From the NCBI GenBank assembly GCA_963618935.1, contig CAVEVC010000107.1, positions 1 through 46,779 on the forward strand: a stretch of 46,779 nucleotides of DNA. Reading direction: 5' to 3'. This document shows, piece after piece, positions 16,588 through 25,425 of this stretch (within the stretch, counting starts at the first letter, position 1; each line of letters opens with the position of its first letter). Below the pieces are notes generated by a model. That model searched no databases. It saw only the letters and a list, made by a program, of their open reading frames with translations, and was not told where the DNA came from. Position numbers and translations under genes: made by a program. This stretch comes from Clostridiales bacterium CCNA10 (GTDB lineage: Bacteria; Verrucomicrobiota; Kiritimatiellia; RFP12; UBA1067).

Positions 16588-17772
16588 TTATTTCACGAGC
16601 TCGTCGGCGAGGGCGGCGAGCTGCGCCTCGCTCGCCGCGTTGAGCGCGGAGGTGATCGTCACCGTGTTCGCGCAGAACGAGATGCCCTTCGAGTTCCCGA
16701 AGAGGCCGCGCATGGTCTTCGCGGCCGTCGGCGCCCAGCTGCCGTTCTCGACGAGGCCGACGAGGCGGTTCTGGTAGTTGCGCTCGGTGAGGTGCGCGAT
16801 GAACGTGCGCATGAACGGAAAGATGTCCGCGTTGTAGGTCGTCGTCGCAAGGACGAGCCTGCCGTAGCGGAAGGCGTCCTCCACGGCCTCCGCCATGTCG
16901 TCGCGCGCGAGGTCGGAGAGGGCGACCTTCGGACAGCCCTTCGCGAGCAGGAGGTCGCGCAGCTTCAGCACGGCCGCCTTCGTGTGGCCGTAGACGCTCG
17001 TGTAGGCGAGGCACACGCCGTCGCTTTCGACGCGGTAGCTGCTCCACGTGTCGTACTGCTTCACCGCGTGGCCGATCTCCTCAGCCGTCAGGAGGAGCGG
17101 GCCGTGGAGCGGCAGGATCTTCTCGATCGCGAGGCCGGACGCCTTTTTGAGAAGCGCCTGGACCTGCGGACCGTACTTGCCGACGATGCCGATGTAGTAC
17201 CGGCGCGCCTCGCAGTCCCATCCTTCGGGGTCCTCCACGTCGTTCGCGCCGAACTTGCCGAAGCCGTCCGCCGAGAAGAGCGCCTTCTCCCCTGCGTCGT
17301 AGGTCACGATCACCTCGGGCCAGTGGACCATCGGCGCCGCGACGAACGCGAGCACGTGCCCGCCGCCGAGGTCGAGCGCGTCGCCCTCCTTCACGACGAG
17401 GCGGCGGCCGGCGAAGTCGGAGCCGAAGAAGTTCTTCATCATGCGGAACGCCGGCGCGGAGGAGACGACCGTCGTCGACGGGTTCGCCGCGAGGAAGCGC
17501 GCGATGCACGCCGAGTGGTCCGGCTCCATGTGCTGCACGACGAGGTAGTCGGGCGCGCGCCCGCCGAGCGCCGCCGCCACGTTCGCCGCCCACGGCCCGA
17601 AGAAGCGGGCGTCCACCGTGTCCATCACCGCCGTCTTCGCCGCGCCCAGGACGACGTAGCTGTTGTACGCCATGCCGCGCGGCACGGCGTACTGCCCCTC
17701 GAAAAGGTCGACCTCGTGGTCGTCGACGCCGACGTACTTGATGTCCTTCGTGATGTCCTGTGCAATCTTCAT
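16588..17772 (-). CDS. Flavodiiron protein (FprA-type, metallo-beta-lactamase plus flavodoxin domains)
   Basis: MKIAQDITKDIKYVGVDDHEVDLFEGQY, the di-iron motif HMEPDHS and a C-terminal flavodoxin-like region are present. The ATG at 17772 has an AAGGAAGAAGG RBS. The track's 87-codon N-terminal extension is R/G-rich junk. Confidence 0.85.
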   Translation of the reverse strand: MKIAQDITKDIKYVGVDDHEVDLFEGQYAVPRGMAYNSYVVLGAAKTAVMDTVDARFFGPWAANVAAALGGRAPDYLVVQHMEPDHSACIARFLAANPSTTVVSSAPAFRMMKNFFGSDFAGRRLVVKEGDALDLGGGHVLAFVAAPMVHWPEVIVTYDAGEKALFSADGFGKFGANDVEDPEGWDCEARRYYIGIVGKYGPQVQALLKKASGLAIEKILPLHGPLLLTAEEIGHAVKQYDTWSSYRVESDGVCLAYTSVYGHTKAAVLKLRDLLLAKGCPKVALSDLARDDMAEAVEDAFRYGRLVLATTTYNADIFPFMRTFIAHLTERNYQNRLVGLVENGSWAPTAAKTMRGLFGNSKGISFCANTVTITSALNAASEAQLAALADELVK

Positions 17773-17803
17773 GCTGCCTTCTTCCTTGAGTGTTCTTGGA
17801 AAG

Positions 17804-17812
17804 AGTATACCA
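17804..17812 (-). promoter_or_regulatory. Extended -10 element TGgTATACT upstream of the flavodiiron gene
   Basis: The reverse complement of 17804-17812 is TGGTATACT, about 30 nt upstream of the ATG. Confidence 0.45.
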
Positions 17813-17852
17813 CACGCCGTCCGCACGCCGCAACGCGCCGTCCCCCCCGGAC

Positions 17853-18458
17853 CTAAAGCTCGTCGGCCCCCAGGAGCCAGGAAACGGCCGCGTTCGCCTC
17901 CATCGCCGCCGCGATGCCGACGCGCGGCGAGACGGGCGCCCTGCCCGCGTCCCCGACGCTCGTCTCGCCGTCGCCGACGGCCACCACGCGCGCGCCCATC
18001 CGCCTGAGGCGGATCGCGTTGGAACGCCCCCATCCGGCGAGGCCGCTTGCCGTGACGAGCCGCGTCCCAAGGGGCATCAGCGCGCCGAGGAGCATTGCCT
18101 TCGCGTCAACGGCGTCGAGCGCCTCCACGACGACGCCGCAGCCCGCGAAGAGCGTCCGCGCCGCCGCCGCGTCAAGCCTCACGTCGACCGCCTCGATCTC
18201 CGCCTCCGGATCGATGCGCAGGAGATTCGCCTTCAGCGCGTCCACCTTCTTCATGCCCAGCTGGTCGCGGAAGAAGAACTGCCGGTTGAGGTTCGATTCG
18301 CCCACCACGTCGAAGTCCGCCACGACGAGCCGCCGCACGCCCGCGCGCACGAGGTGCATCGCGCAGTTCGAGCCAAGCCCCCCCGCGCCGGCGATGCCGA
18401 CGCGCGCACGTTCGAGGATGGCCCGCTCGGCGGGCGTCAGATAGGGGTTTGCGGACAC
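17853..18458 (-). CDS. thiF: ThiF-family adenylyltransferase (short form)
   Basis: It carries GIAGAGGLGSNCAMHLVRAGV (Rossmann GxGxxG) and ESNLNRQ. It starts with GTG 4 nt after the thiS stop. Confidence 0.75.
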   Translation of the reverse strand: MSANPYLTPAERAILERARVGIAGAGGLGSNCAMHLVRAGVRRLVVADFDVVGESNLNRQFFFRDQLGMKKVDALKANLLRIDPEAEIEAVDVRLDAAAARTLFAGCGVVVEALDAVDAKAMLLGALMPLGTRLVTASGLAGWGRSNAIRLRRMGARVVAVGDGETSVGDAGRAPVSPRVGIAAAMEANAAVSWLLGADEL

Positions 18459-18462
18459 GCCG

Positions 18463-18663
18463 TCAGCCTCCGGCCGTCAGCTTGAAGACGTCCAGCGCCG
18501 CCCCCTCGCGCAGGGGCAGCTGCGCGAGGTCCGCGCCCGGCGCATGGACCTCGCCGTCGTATTCGACGATCGCGCGCGCCGCGTCGATGCGGCGCTCCGC
18601 CAGGAAACCGGCCACCGTCGTCTGACCGGTCTCGACCTCATGCCCCTGATAGACCACGTTCAT
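18463..18663 (-). CDS. thiS: Sulfur-carrier protein ThiS
   Basis: It is 66 aa and ends ...DVFKLTAGG (C-terminal Gly-Gly). It lies immediately upstream of thiF. It is buried in a longer spurious track ORF (18463-19998). Confidence 0.75.
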   Translation of the reverse strand: MNVVYQGHEVETGQTTVAGFLAERRIDAARAIVEYDGEVHAPGADLAQLPLREGAALDVFKLTAGG

Positions 18664-18692
18664 CGCATGCCCCTTCCGCTGCCGCGCCGGCA

Positions 18693-19604
18693 TCATCCCC
18701 CAATCGCCGACAGGACGACCAGGAGGCCGTAGGCGAGCGCGGGGAGGAAGATGAAGGAGTCGAACATGTCGAGGAACCCGCCCATGCCCGCCGGCATGAA
18801 CGCGGAGGAGTCCTTCACGCCGCACTCGCGCTTGAAGCGGCTCTCGACCAGGTCGCCCGCCGTCGCGACGAGCGCGAGGGCAATCCCCGCGGGCACGGCG
18901 CGCGCCGCGTCCAGCCAGCCCCAGAGCGCGCAATGCTCCGCCCAGCCGAAGCGGCGCGCGAGGCAGCAGAAGACGGCGGTCGTCGCCGAGGCGAAGACCA
19001 TCGAGCCGGCAAGCCCCTCCCAGGACTTGTTCGGGGAGATCGCCGGGCACATCTTGTGCCGCCCCATCGCCACGCCGAACGCGAAGCCGCCCGTGTCCGA
19101 GAACTTCGCGACCGCGATCAGGAAGAAGAGCGTGTAGAGCCCCACGCGCGTCGCGGGCATAGCGAAGAGCGTGCGCGCCTCCGGCTCCAGCTGCACGATG
19201 CGCAGGAAGAACGACAGCAGGAACGGCACGTAGAAGAACCCGAGGAGCGTCGAGGCGATCGTCCCGACCGGGTTGCGGTAGCGCGCGCGGAAGAGGACGA
19301 TGCAGGCGAGCAGGAAGACGAGCGGCGCAAGCGCGAGCCCGCCCGCGAAGAGGCACGCCGAAAGGCCCAGCAGACCCGGATAGGCAGCACTCCCAATGAG
19401 CCACGCCGTGCCCATCAGAAGCCCGAACCAGGCAACCGGCTCGTACTTCCGCGCCATCTGGTAGAATTCGAGCTGCACGACCGTCGAGACGGCGAGCAGC
19501 GCGACCGGCAGGGCCTTCAGCGGACAGTAGAGGAAGAACGCGACGACGCCCAGGCCAACCGCAATCCCGCAAAGGGTTCTTTTCAATATGGGGTTCATCA
19601 TCAC
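18693..19604 (-). CDS. cdsA: Phosphatidate cytidylyltransferase
   Basis: It is a polytopic membrane protein with the CdsA signatures SPNKSWEG and GDLVESRFKRECGVKDS. Confidence 0.9.
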   Translation of the reverse strand: MMMNPILKRTLCGIAVGLGVVAFFLYCPLKALPVALLAVSTVVQLEFYQMARKYEPVAWFGLLMGTAWLIGSAAYPGLLGLSACLFAGGLALAPLVFLLACIVLFRARYRNPVGTIASTLLGFFYVPFLLSFFLRIVQLEPEARTLFAMPATRVGLYTLFFLIAVAKFSDTGGFAFGVAMGRHKMCPAISPNKSWEGLAGSMVFASATTAVFCCLARRFGWAEHCALWGWLDAARAVPAGIALALVATAGDLVESRFKRECGVKDSSAFMPAGMGGFLDMFDSFIFLPALAYGLLVVLSAIGG

Positions 19605-19622
19605 TGTCCTGTCCGTTCAATT

Positions 19623-21140
19623 TCACGCGGTGGGCGCCGACCGCCCCGCCCTGTTCAGCAAATCCGCAAGCCCGCGGCAGGGCACACGCGCCAGCTCGCG
19701 GGGTTCGACCTTCTGCAGCCCGCCGCCATACGACCGCCCCGCATTGCGGATAGACTGCGCCGAAATGCCCAGAAGCACGTTCCAGACCTCTTCGTTCCGC
19801 CCGGCGTCCCCCTGCACGAACTGCGCCAGCGCCCCCTTGGGATAGAGCATGAGGAACGAGTTCGTGGCGATGGCCCGGGAGTCGTTCAGGATAAACCTCA
19901 CCGGCACCCCGCCCGCGCTCCCGCGCCCCATGTAGGAACAGAGAATGGGAGCCGGTTCGCGCTGTTCCTGCGCGTACCAGACATTCCGTGATGCACACAG
20001 GTTCCGCTTCGCCGTATCCTCAATCCCCGATGCGAGGTAGGATTGGACGGATGCCGGAAGCTCGGCAATCTCATACCCCGTGCAGTCAAGCAGGAAACGC
20101 CGTTCCGCGTTCACCGGCACTCCCAACGTATCCGCCTTGACATGATCAACCTTGAGATGTCGCGGACTCGGCAGGATCGGTTTCAGATAGCGCCTGGGAA
20201 TTCCCCTCTCACGTACCGTCGACTCGTTCAAGACGAAGAACCCGTTGTCCCCCGTCGCAATACCCCGCCGGATGTCGAAACAATCTCCCAGACGGAGGCC
20301 ATCCCCGTCTTCGCCCCCTCTTCGCGGTGGCCATTTCGACGCTTTCCGCAGCACCTCGCGTCCATACGTCTCGGACCGGATTGGATGTTCAAGATCGGTA
20401 CCGTAGGTGAAGACCGCCTTGGCCCTTTCCGGCATGACGTTACGGAACCAGACGACGCACGAGGAAACAAGTGCATCGGAGAAACGTACGTCCGCCGCGT
20501 CAAACGCGTGGACGCGCAGCAAGGTGACGCGCCGCGCCAGAAAGTCGCGCAACGCCTTTCCGTAGTTGACCGACATCCACTCCGACGGAATGAGCCAAGC
20601 TCCCACGGCTTCCGGCTTCATCCAATTCCAGGACAATAACAGAAAATGGCAGTAAAGCCCCGCCAATCCGGAAATGGAGACATCCGCACGCCGCGCGACC
20701 GCATTTTGCAACCGCTTCTTGTCCGCGCACGGAATCGCATGGTGGCGCACATAGGGCGGATTGGCAAAGACGACGTCCGCCAGACTCTCCGGTACAAGCG
20801 CCGTGAAGTCCCCCTCGACGATTCGACAACGCCGTCCCCCCCACAGGCGTACCGCCGCACGATGGAACGCCGCATCGCGCTCACAGGCAAAGACCTCCTT
20901 CAAGGAACGCCCCAACTCGGCATAGGCTGCGGAAACAAACGCGCCGGTTCCAACCGAAGGCTCCAACATCGTCAGTCCACCCTCACCGTGCAGATAGGGC
21001 CGCGTTTCCCGCACAATGGCAGAGGCCAGTTCAAAAGGCGTCGCAAACTGTCCCATTCGCCGACGATCTTCGATCGTCTTCGCCGCGTCGATCGTTTTTT
21101 GCGCCTCCTGCCGCGCCGTTTCGACCTGGTTCAACGTCAT
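19623..21140 (-). CDS. Type II N6-adenine DNA methyltransferase (Eco57I-like, gamma class)
   Basis: Motif I (LEPSVGTGAF) precedes motif IV (FANPPYV). There is a 4-nt overlap with the upstream nuclease gene. GC is about 53-58% in hand-counted lines. Confidence 0.85.
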   Translation of the reverse strand: MTLNQVETARQEAQKTIDAAKTIEDRRRMGQFATPFELASAIVRETRPYLHGEGGLTMLEPSVGTGAFVSAAYAELGRSLKEVFACERDAAFHRAAVRLWGGRRCRIVEGDFTALVPESLADVVFANPPYVRHHAIPCADKKRLQNAVARRADVSISGLAGLYCHFLLLSWNWMKPEAVGAWLIPSEWMSVNYGKALRDFLARRVTLLRVHAFDAADVRFSDALVSSCVVWFRNVMPERAKAVFTYGTDLEHPIRSETYGREVLRKASKWPPRRGGEDGDGLRLGDCFDIRRGIATGDNGFFVLNESTVRERGIPRRYLKPILPSPRHLKVDHVKADTLGVPVNAERRFLLDCTGYEIAELPASVQSYLASGIEDTAKRNLCASRNVWYAQEQREPAPILCSYMGRGSAGGVPVRFILNDSRAIATNSFLMLYPKGALAQFVQGDAGRNEEVWNVLLGISAQSIRNAGRSYGGGLQKVEPRELARVPCRGLADLLNRAGRSAPTA

Positions 21141-22084
21141 AGCCCCAGCGCCTCCATGTCGACCATGCGGTGTTCCCAGATCCAGTCAATCCCCTCGGCC
21201 GCCTCATAGCCCAGGTATCCGCTGTCGAAGTAGCCACAGAGGAACAGCACGAAACGGACATCCGGCCCAAACGTCCTTTTCAATTGCTGGATCTTCTGCG
21301 CCTCTTCCTTCCGACGCTTGTTGACGTTGGCAAAATCTCCGGCGGACTTCGCCTCGATAAAGAGGGGAACGGAGTCAGGCTGGGCATTTCGCGGCAGAAT
21401 CGCCACGTCGACGGGGATGTTCACGGTCTCCGTCCGTGCATCGGACAGGAAGACCCTGACATTGAGGTGGTAGGCGAACTCCCCCGGACGAAGCTCGGCG
21501 GAAGAGGCCGGACGAACCCTCCGATAACCGCGCGCCTCCAGGAAATCCGCAATTGCCTTGAGCTGCCGCTCTTCCTGCGCCTTGCGGATGATGGGATCGG
21601 AGTAGGCACCGCACAGACGATCCGCGACAATCAGCGATGCCCGCGCGCGCTGGACGGCAGAAGCCCTTTTACCCGTCGCGAGCCACGGCAGAAGGTCGTG
21701 GTCCAAAAGCTTGGCAATGACCCCCATGATTTTTTCCGAGGCCTCCCGCGCATCGCGCACGGCACGCTTCCGCCCCTCGTCCTCCATGCCCCTGACCACG
21801 GCGGAACCGACCCGCGCCAATCCCGCCAGGCGGTCACGCGCCAACGGTGGGCATGTCATCTGGCGCAGGACAGGCAGCATCGTCGGCGCAAGCGTGAGCA
21901 TCGCCGCATTGAGGCTGCACCCATCCTCCGTCACCAGAAAGACCTCGTCCACGTTCTTCCGCGCCCGTTCACGCGCCGCGCGAAACGCAGGCGGCGCAAA
22001 CGCCAGAAACCACCGGTTGTAGAAATCCACCGATTGCTCGATGTCGTTCTTCCAATCATCGACGCGCTGGCGATTGATGTCCAT
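21137..22084 (-). CDS. Type II restriction endonuclease (XamI-family-like, PD-(D/E)xK)
   Basis: It starts MDINRQRVDDWKNDIEQ. The PD-ExK-like catalytic region is IPVDVAIL...LFIEAKSAGDFANVNKRRKEE. It is translationally coupled to the methylase. The family name is from memory of XamI-type sequences and is not verified. Confidence 0.65.
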   Translation of the reverse strand: MDINRQRVDDWKNDIEQSVDFYNRWFLAFAPPAFRAARERARKNVDEVFLVTEDGCSLNAAMLTLAPTMLPVLRQMTCPPLARDRLAGLARVGSAVVRGMEDEGRKRAVRDAREASEKIMGVIAKLLDHDLLPWLATGKRASAVQRARASLIVADRLCGAYSDPIIRKAQEERQLKAIADFLEARGYRRVRPASSAELRPGEFAYHLNVRVFLSDARTETVNIPVDVAILPRNAQPDSVPLFIEAKSAGDFANVNKRRKEEAQKIQQLKRTFGPDVRFVLFLCGYFDSGYLGYEAAEGIDWIWEHRMVDMEALGL

Positions 22085-22110
22085 GAAACGACCGGCGGCG
22101 GTAGTAAAGC

Positions 22111-23457
22111 TTAGAGCGCGAGGCGCAGGGTCGATTCGCGGGCGGGGCCGATGGAGAGGATGCCGAGCTTCGCGCCCGAGAGCTCCACGAGGCGGTCCAC
22201 GTAGGCTTTCGCCTTGGGCGGCAGGTCCTCGATGCGCGTGACGTGGGAGGTCTCGCACATCCAGCCGTCCATCTCCTCGTAGATCGGCTTCACGCGGGCG
22301 AGCTCGTCCGCCGAGGTCGGCATGTCCTCGATGCGGCGGCCGTCCAGCTCGTAGGCGACGCAGATCTTGATCTTCGGGAAGACGTCCATCACGTCGAGCT
22401 TCGTCATCGCCCAGTAGTCGATGCCGTTGATCTGCTGCGCGTAGCGCGCGACGACGGCGTCGTACCAGCCCGTGCGGCGGGGACGCTTCGTGACCGCGCC
22501 GAACTCGTGTCCGCGCTCGGCGAGCGTCCGCCCGTCCGCGTCCTGCTTGTCCTCGGCGTTGTAGAGCTCCGTCGGGAACGGCCCCGCGCCGACGCGCGTC
22601 GTGTAGGCCTTGACCACGCCCACCACGCAGTCGATGTCGCGCGGGGAGAGGCCGCTGCCGATGCACGCGCCGCCCGAGGTCGGGTTGGACGAGGTGACGA
22701 AGGGATAGGTGCCGAAGTCGATGTCGAGCATCGTTCCCTGGGCGCCTTCGAGGAGGATGGACTTGCCGGCGGCCTTCGCCTGGTGGAGCATCGGCACGGT
22801 GTCGCGGATGTAGGGCGAGAGCTTCTCCTGCGCGGCCCTGTAGATGGCGACGATTTCGTCCGCGTCCATCTGGTAGCCGCGGACCGTGCAGCCGGGCACG
22901 TCGATCTGGTCGCCCGCGTCCACGCGCTCGGCCTTCAGCATCCGCAGGCGGCGGTTCGTCTCCTCCACCTGCTCGCGCACGGCGTCGAGGAAGTTCGCCG
23001 CGAGCATGTCGCCGCACCGGAGGCCCGTGCGGGAGACCTTGGCGGCGTAGGCGGGGCCGATCCCGCGCCCCGTCGTGCCGATCTTCTTCCCCGCCGCGCG
23101 GGCGGCCTCCTCCGCCTTGTCGAGCGCGCGGTGGTAGAGCATCACCATCTGGGTGCGGGTGGAGATGAAGAGGCGTCCCTTCGGCTCGACGCCCGTCGCG
23201 CGCATGGCCTCGATCTCCTCGATGAGGTCGAGCGGGTTCATCACGACGCCGTTGCCGATGACGCAGACCTTGCCGTCGTGGAGGATGCCGCTCGGGATGA
23301 GGCGCAGGACGCGCGTGCGGCCCTCGGCGATGACGGTGTGGCCGGCGTTGGAGCCGCCCTGGTAGCGCACCACGTAGTCCGCCTTGTCCGTCAGGACGTC
23401 GATGATCTTCCCCTTGCCCTCGTCGCCCCATTGGGCCCCGACCAAAACCGTATTCAT
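22111..23457 (-). CDS. purA: Adenylosuccinate synthetase
   Basis: MNTVLVGAQWGDEGKGKIIDVL, GGSNAGHTV and GTTGRGIGPAY are present. Start at 23457; the track's upstream extension is non-protein-like. Confidence 0.95.
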   Translation of the reverse strand: MNTVLVGAQWGDEGKGKIIDVLTDKADYVVRYQGGSNAGHTVIAEGRTRVLRLIPSGILHDGKVCVIGNGVVMNPLDLIEEIEAMRATGVEPKGRLFISTRTQMVMLYHRALDKAEEAARAAGKKIGTTGRGIGPAYAAKVSRTGLRCGDMLAANFLDAVREQVEETNRRLRMLKAERVDAGDQIDVPGCTVRGYQMDADEIVAIYRAAQEKLSPYIRDTVPMLHQAKAAGKSILLEGAQGTMLDIDFGTYPFVTSSNPTSGGACIGSGLSPRDIDCVVGVVKAYTTRVGAGPFPTELYNAEDKQDADGRTLAERGHEFGAVTKRPRRTGWYDAVVARYAQQINGIDYWAMTKLDVMDVFPKIKICVAYELDGRRIEDMPTSADELARVKPIYEEMDGWMCETSHVTRIEDLPPKAKAYVDRLVELSGAKLGILSIGPARESTLRLAL

Positions 23458-23493
23458 TGCGTGTTCTCTTCCTCGTTGCGAAATAACCGGGAC

Positions 23494-23502
23494 ATTATAC
23501 CA
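23494..23502 (-). promoter_or_regulatory. Extended -10 element TGgTATAAT upstream of purA
   Basis: The reverse complement reads TGGTATAAT, about 36 nt upstream of the purA ATG. Confidence 0.5.
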
Positions 23503-23558
23503 AAAGGCGGGCGGCCTGGCGCGCGGCGGCGACGATTTCCGTCGGCCGCGCCCGCCCC

Positions 23559-23585
23559 GGCCGCAACAAGTTGCGGCCCTCCCGC
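23559..23585 (+). repeat. 27-nt palindrome-containing repeat GGCCGCAACAAGTTGCGGCCCTCCCGC (copy 1)
   Basis: It is identical over 27 nt to 25473-25499 on the same strand. It contains a 9-bp-stem hairpin, GGCCGCAAC/GTTGCGGCC. Confidence 0.95.
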
Positions 23586-23660
23586 TGCGGGGCCCCCAGA
23601 GTGTCCCGTACCGCCATGGCCTTTCCATCTCCATGAAGCCCCCTGTGCCATCTGTTGGCC

Positions 23661-24686
23661 CTACGGGAGGAGGTCGTAGTTGACCCTGTCCGGGCCGAGG
23701 TTCGTCTTCCGGTCCCATTCGAGGTTCCTGTCGAGCGGCGTCGGATTGAGGTAGTAGAGGAACTTGACGCCGCAGACGATGAAGTTGTAGCCCGTGTACA
23801 TGAGGATGTCGCCGTAGATCTTCCCGTAGTAGGCCTCGACGATCCGCCCCCTGTCGTCGCGGCGCGTCCGAATGCGGAAGCAGAAGCAGCGGTTCTCGTC
23901 GTAGTTGCCCACGTACTCCAGCTTCCTGTTCCGTCCCGTCCAGCAGAGGTAGTCCGGGCGGTATCCGTCCTCCGGCGCCGTGCGGATCCTCAGGCGGAGG
24001 TTGGGCGGTGGATTGGACTCCACGAGGCCGTTCCCCTCCCCGGGGAACCGGACCGCCATGGAGTCCCTGAAGGACGTTCCCCTGACATCGGCGCCGTTCA
24101 CGCCCTCACCCAGCTCTTCGTGGGGGAGGCGGGCGAACTCGATGTCCGCGACCTTCCCCTTCCCGAACGGCGGCAGCCAGTCCCCGGCCATGAGGTCGAG
24201 CGCGAACCGGCCGCCGTTGACGTCGGCGATCTCGCGCTTGACGTCAAGCTTGCAGGCCTTCACGAACAGGGGGATGGGGTGTTCCACGCGCTGGAGGCGG
24301 ATCGTCGCGACCAGGTTGTCCGGCTGCCAGATCCCGAGAAGGTTCTTCTCCGAGAACCTTCGTCCCCACCCTTGTGGACAGGGATAGAATCCTGACGGTG
24401 GCCTCTCTACCCAACACCCTACGTTTCCGCAGTTGGTTCTTCCGCGTAGCCGGCAACGACCGTTGACGTCCGTGACCGCCCTGTCGAAATTAGGTCCATC
24501 TGAACCCTTCACGGCAAACCAGCCGTTGTTGACGTCGAACACCCCCATGACACTAACGTTCTTCAACGCCTTGCCTGTCTTGTCGTCTACGACGAAGACC
24601 CCGAACCTTGCAATGTCCGCGTCTGACTGGCACATTGACAGTAAGGTAAAAAAACAGACGAACGCTTTGATTCCCTTCATAAGCAT
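23661..24686 (-). CDS. Secreted hypothetical protein with N-terminal carboxypeptidase-regulatory-like beta-sandwich
   Basis: It has a signal peptide (MLMKGIKAFVCFFTLLSMC). FVVDDKTGKALKNVSVMGV...TDVNGRCRL is CarboxypepD_reg-like. The rest is unrecognised. The 5' part lies in a GC trough (about 45-55%). Confidence 0.65.
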   Translation of the reverse strand: MLMKGIKAFVCFFTLLSMCQSDADIARFGVFVVDDKTGKALKNVSVMGVFDVNNGWFAVKGSDGPNFDRAVTDVNGRCRLRGRTNCGNVGCWVERPPSGFYPCPQGWGRRFSEKNLLGIWQPDNLVATIRLQRVEHPIPLFVKACKLDVKREIADVNGGRFALDLMAGDWLPPFGKGKVADIEFARLPHEELGEGVNGADVRGTSFRDSMAVRFPGEGNGLVESNPPPNLRLRIRTAPEDGYRPDYLCWTGRNRKLEYVGNYDENRCFCFRIRTRRDDRGRIVEAYYGKIYGDILMYTGYNFIVCGVKFLYYLNPTPLDRNLEWDRKTNLGPDRVNYDLLP

Positions 24687-24692
24687 CCTCCT

Positions 24693-25332
24693 TTAATTCG
24701 GATTCTTCCCGACAATCCTGTCGAAGAGCTTGTACACGAAGAAATAGGCCACGTTCTTGAAGTCGGAGTGTTCCCACCTGAAACGAACCACCCCATTTTC
24801 GCTCGACTTTCGTTTTGCCGGCCACTTGTCCGTGTTCGCAATGCAGTCGGCATCCAGTCGTATGTTACCGCTCGCGCCAAACGCATTGATGTAGTTCGCG
24901 CCTGCAGCGCCACTCTCGGCGGGGATCGCGTCGGCGAGGAACCGCGCCCGTAGCCAGTCCCGGTGGGTGAGGTCACCGTGTGCGGGCCCGCCTCCCCCGC
25001 CCACGAGGGCGGGGAGGATGACGGCACGAGCCCGGCGAGGCGTCCTCAGAGGCGAAGAGGTGGATGCGCGCGGGGTCGGGGAACGGGTACGCCTCGGCGG
25101 CGAGCGCCGCGAGCGAACCCCGCGCCGGCCACGGGAACACCCCCGCGTCGAGCCAGACGGCGTTCGTCGCCGGGGGCGCGCCCGCCTGCGACGCGCGCAG
25201 CACGTCCCGAACGTCCTCAAGGTCCGCGAGATCCGCAAGGGGGACGCTTCCGCCGCACAGGACGGCTGCGGACAGAACACAGGAAGCCGCGCGGACGGCG
25301 CGGGACGGCACAACATCTTTCAACTTCATCAT
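24693..25332 (-). pseudogene. Secreted hypothetical protein gene interrupted by a 1-nt frameshift near 25030 (or an assembly error)
   Basis: Frame 1 reads MMKLKDVVPSRAVRAASCVLSAAVLCG...HLFASEDASPG (signal peptide). Frame 2 continues ARAVILPALVGGGGGPAHGDLTHRDWL...FVYKLFDRIVGKNPN. The alternative N-terminus of frame 2 is R/P-rich and not protein-like. Confidence 0.45.
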
Positions 25333-25425
25333 ACGTACAATCTCCCCTTGATGGCTTCATCCTATCATAAGCGAAGAACATGCGCAAGGGGGGAAAGAGG
25401 GATTGTTTGAAAAACGGGAGGGGGC

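Noticed and set aside
14371-17856. 1161-aa plus-strand ORF spanning the GH97 and flavodiiron genes
   Set aside because: It is antisense to two motif-supported genes and crosses their intergenic gap. Its composition is R/A/E/V-rich.
16588-18033. N-terminal extensions of fprA (to 18033), purA (to 23718), the kinase (8190), DarT (3919) and the isomerase (32328) given by the ORF track
   Set aside because: The extensions are compositionally aberrant and lack an RBS. They would also start upstream of the TGnTAnnnT promoter boxes. Internal ATGs with an RBS or ATGA coupling fit the conserved family N-termini.
18664-18692. TPP riboswitch upstream of thiS
   Set aside because: The gap between the cdsA stop and the thiS start is only 29 nt, far too short for a THI-box aptamer.
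23559-23585. Integron attC site interpretation of the 27-nt palindromic repeat
   Set aside because: The arms (CCGCAAC / GTTGCGG) do not fit the RYYYAAC / GTTRRRY core-site consensus. The element is much shorter than an attC, and no intI is in the window.
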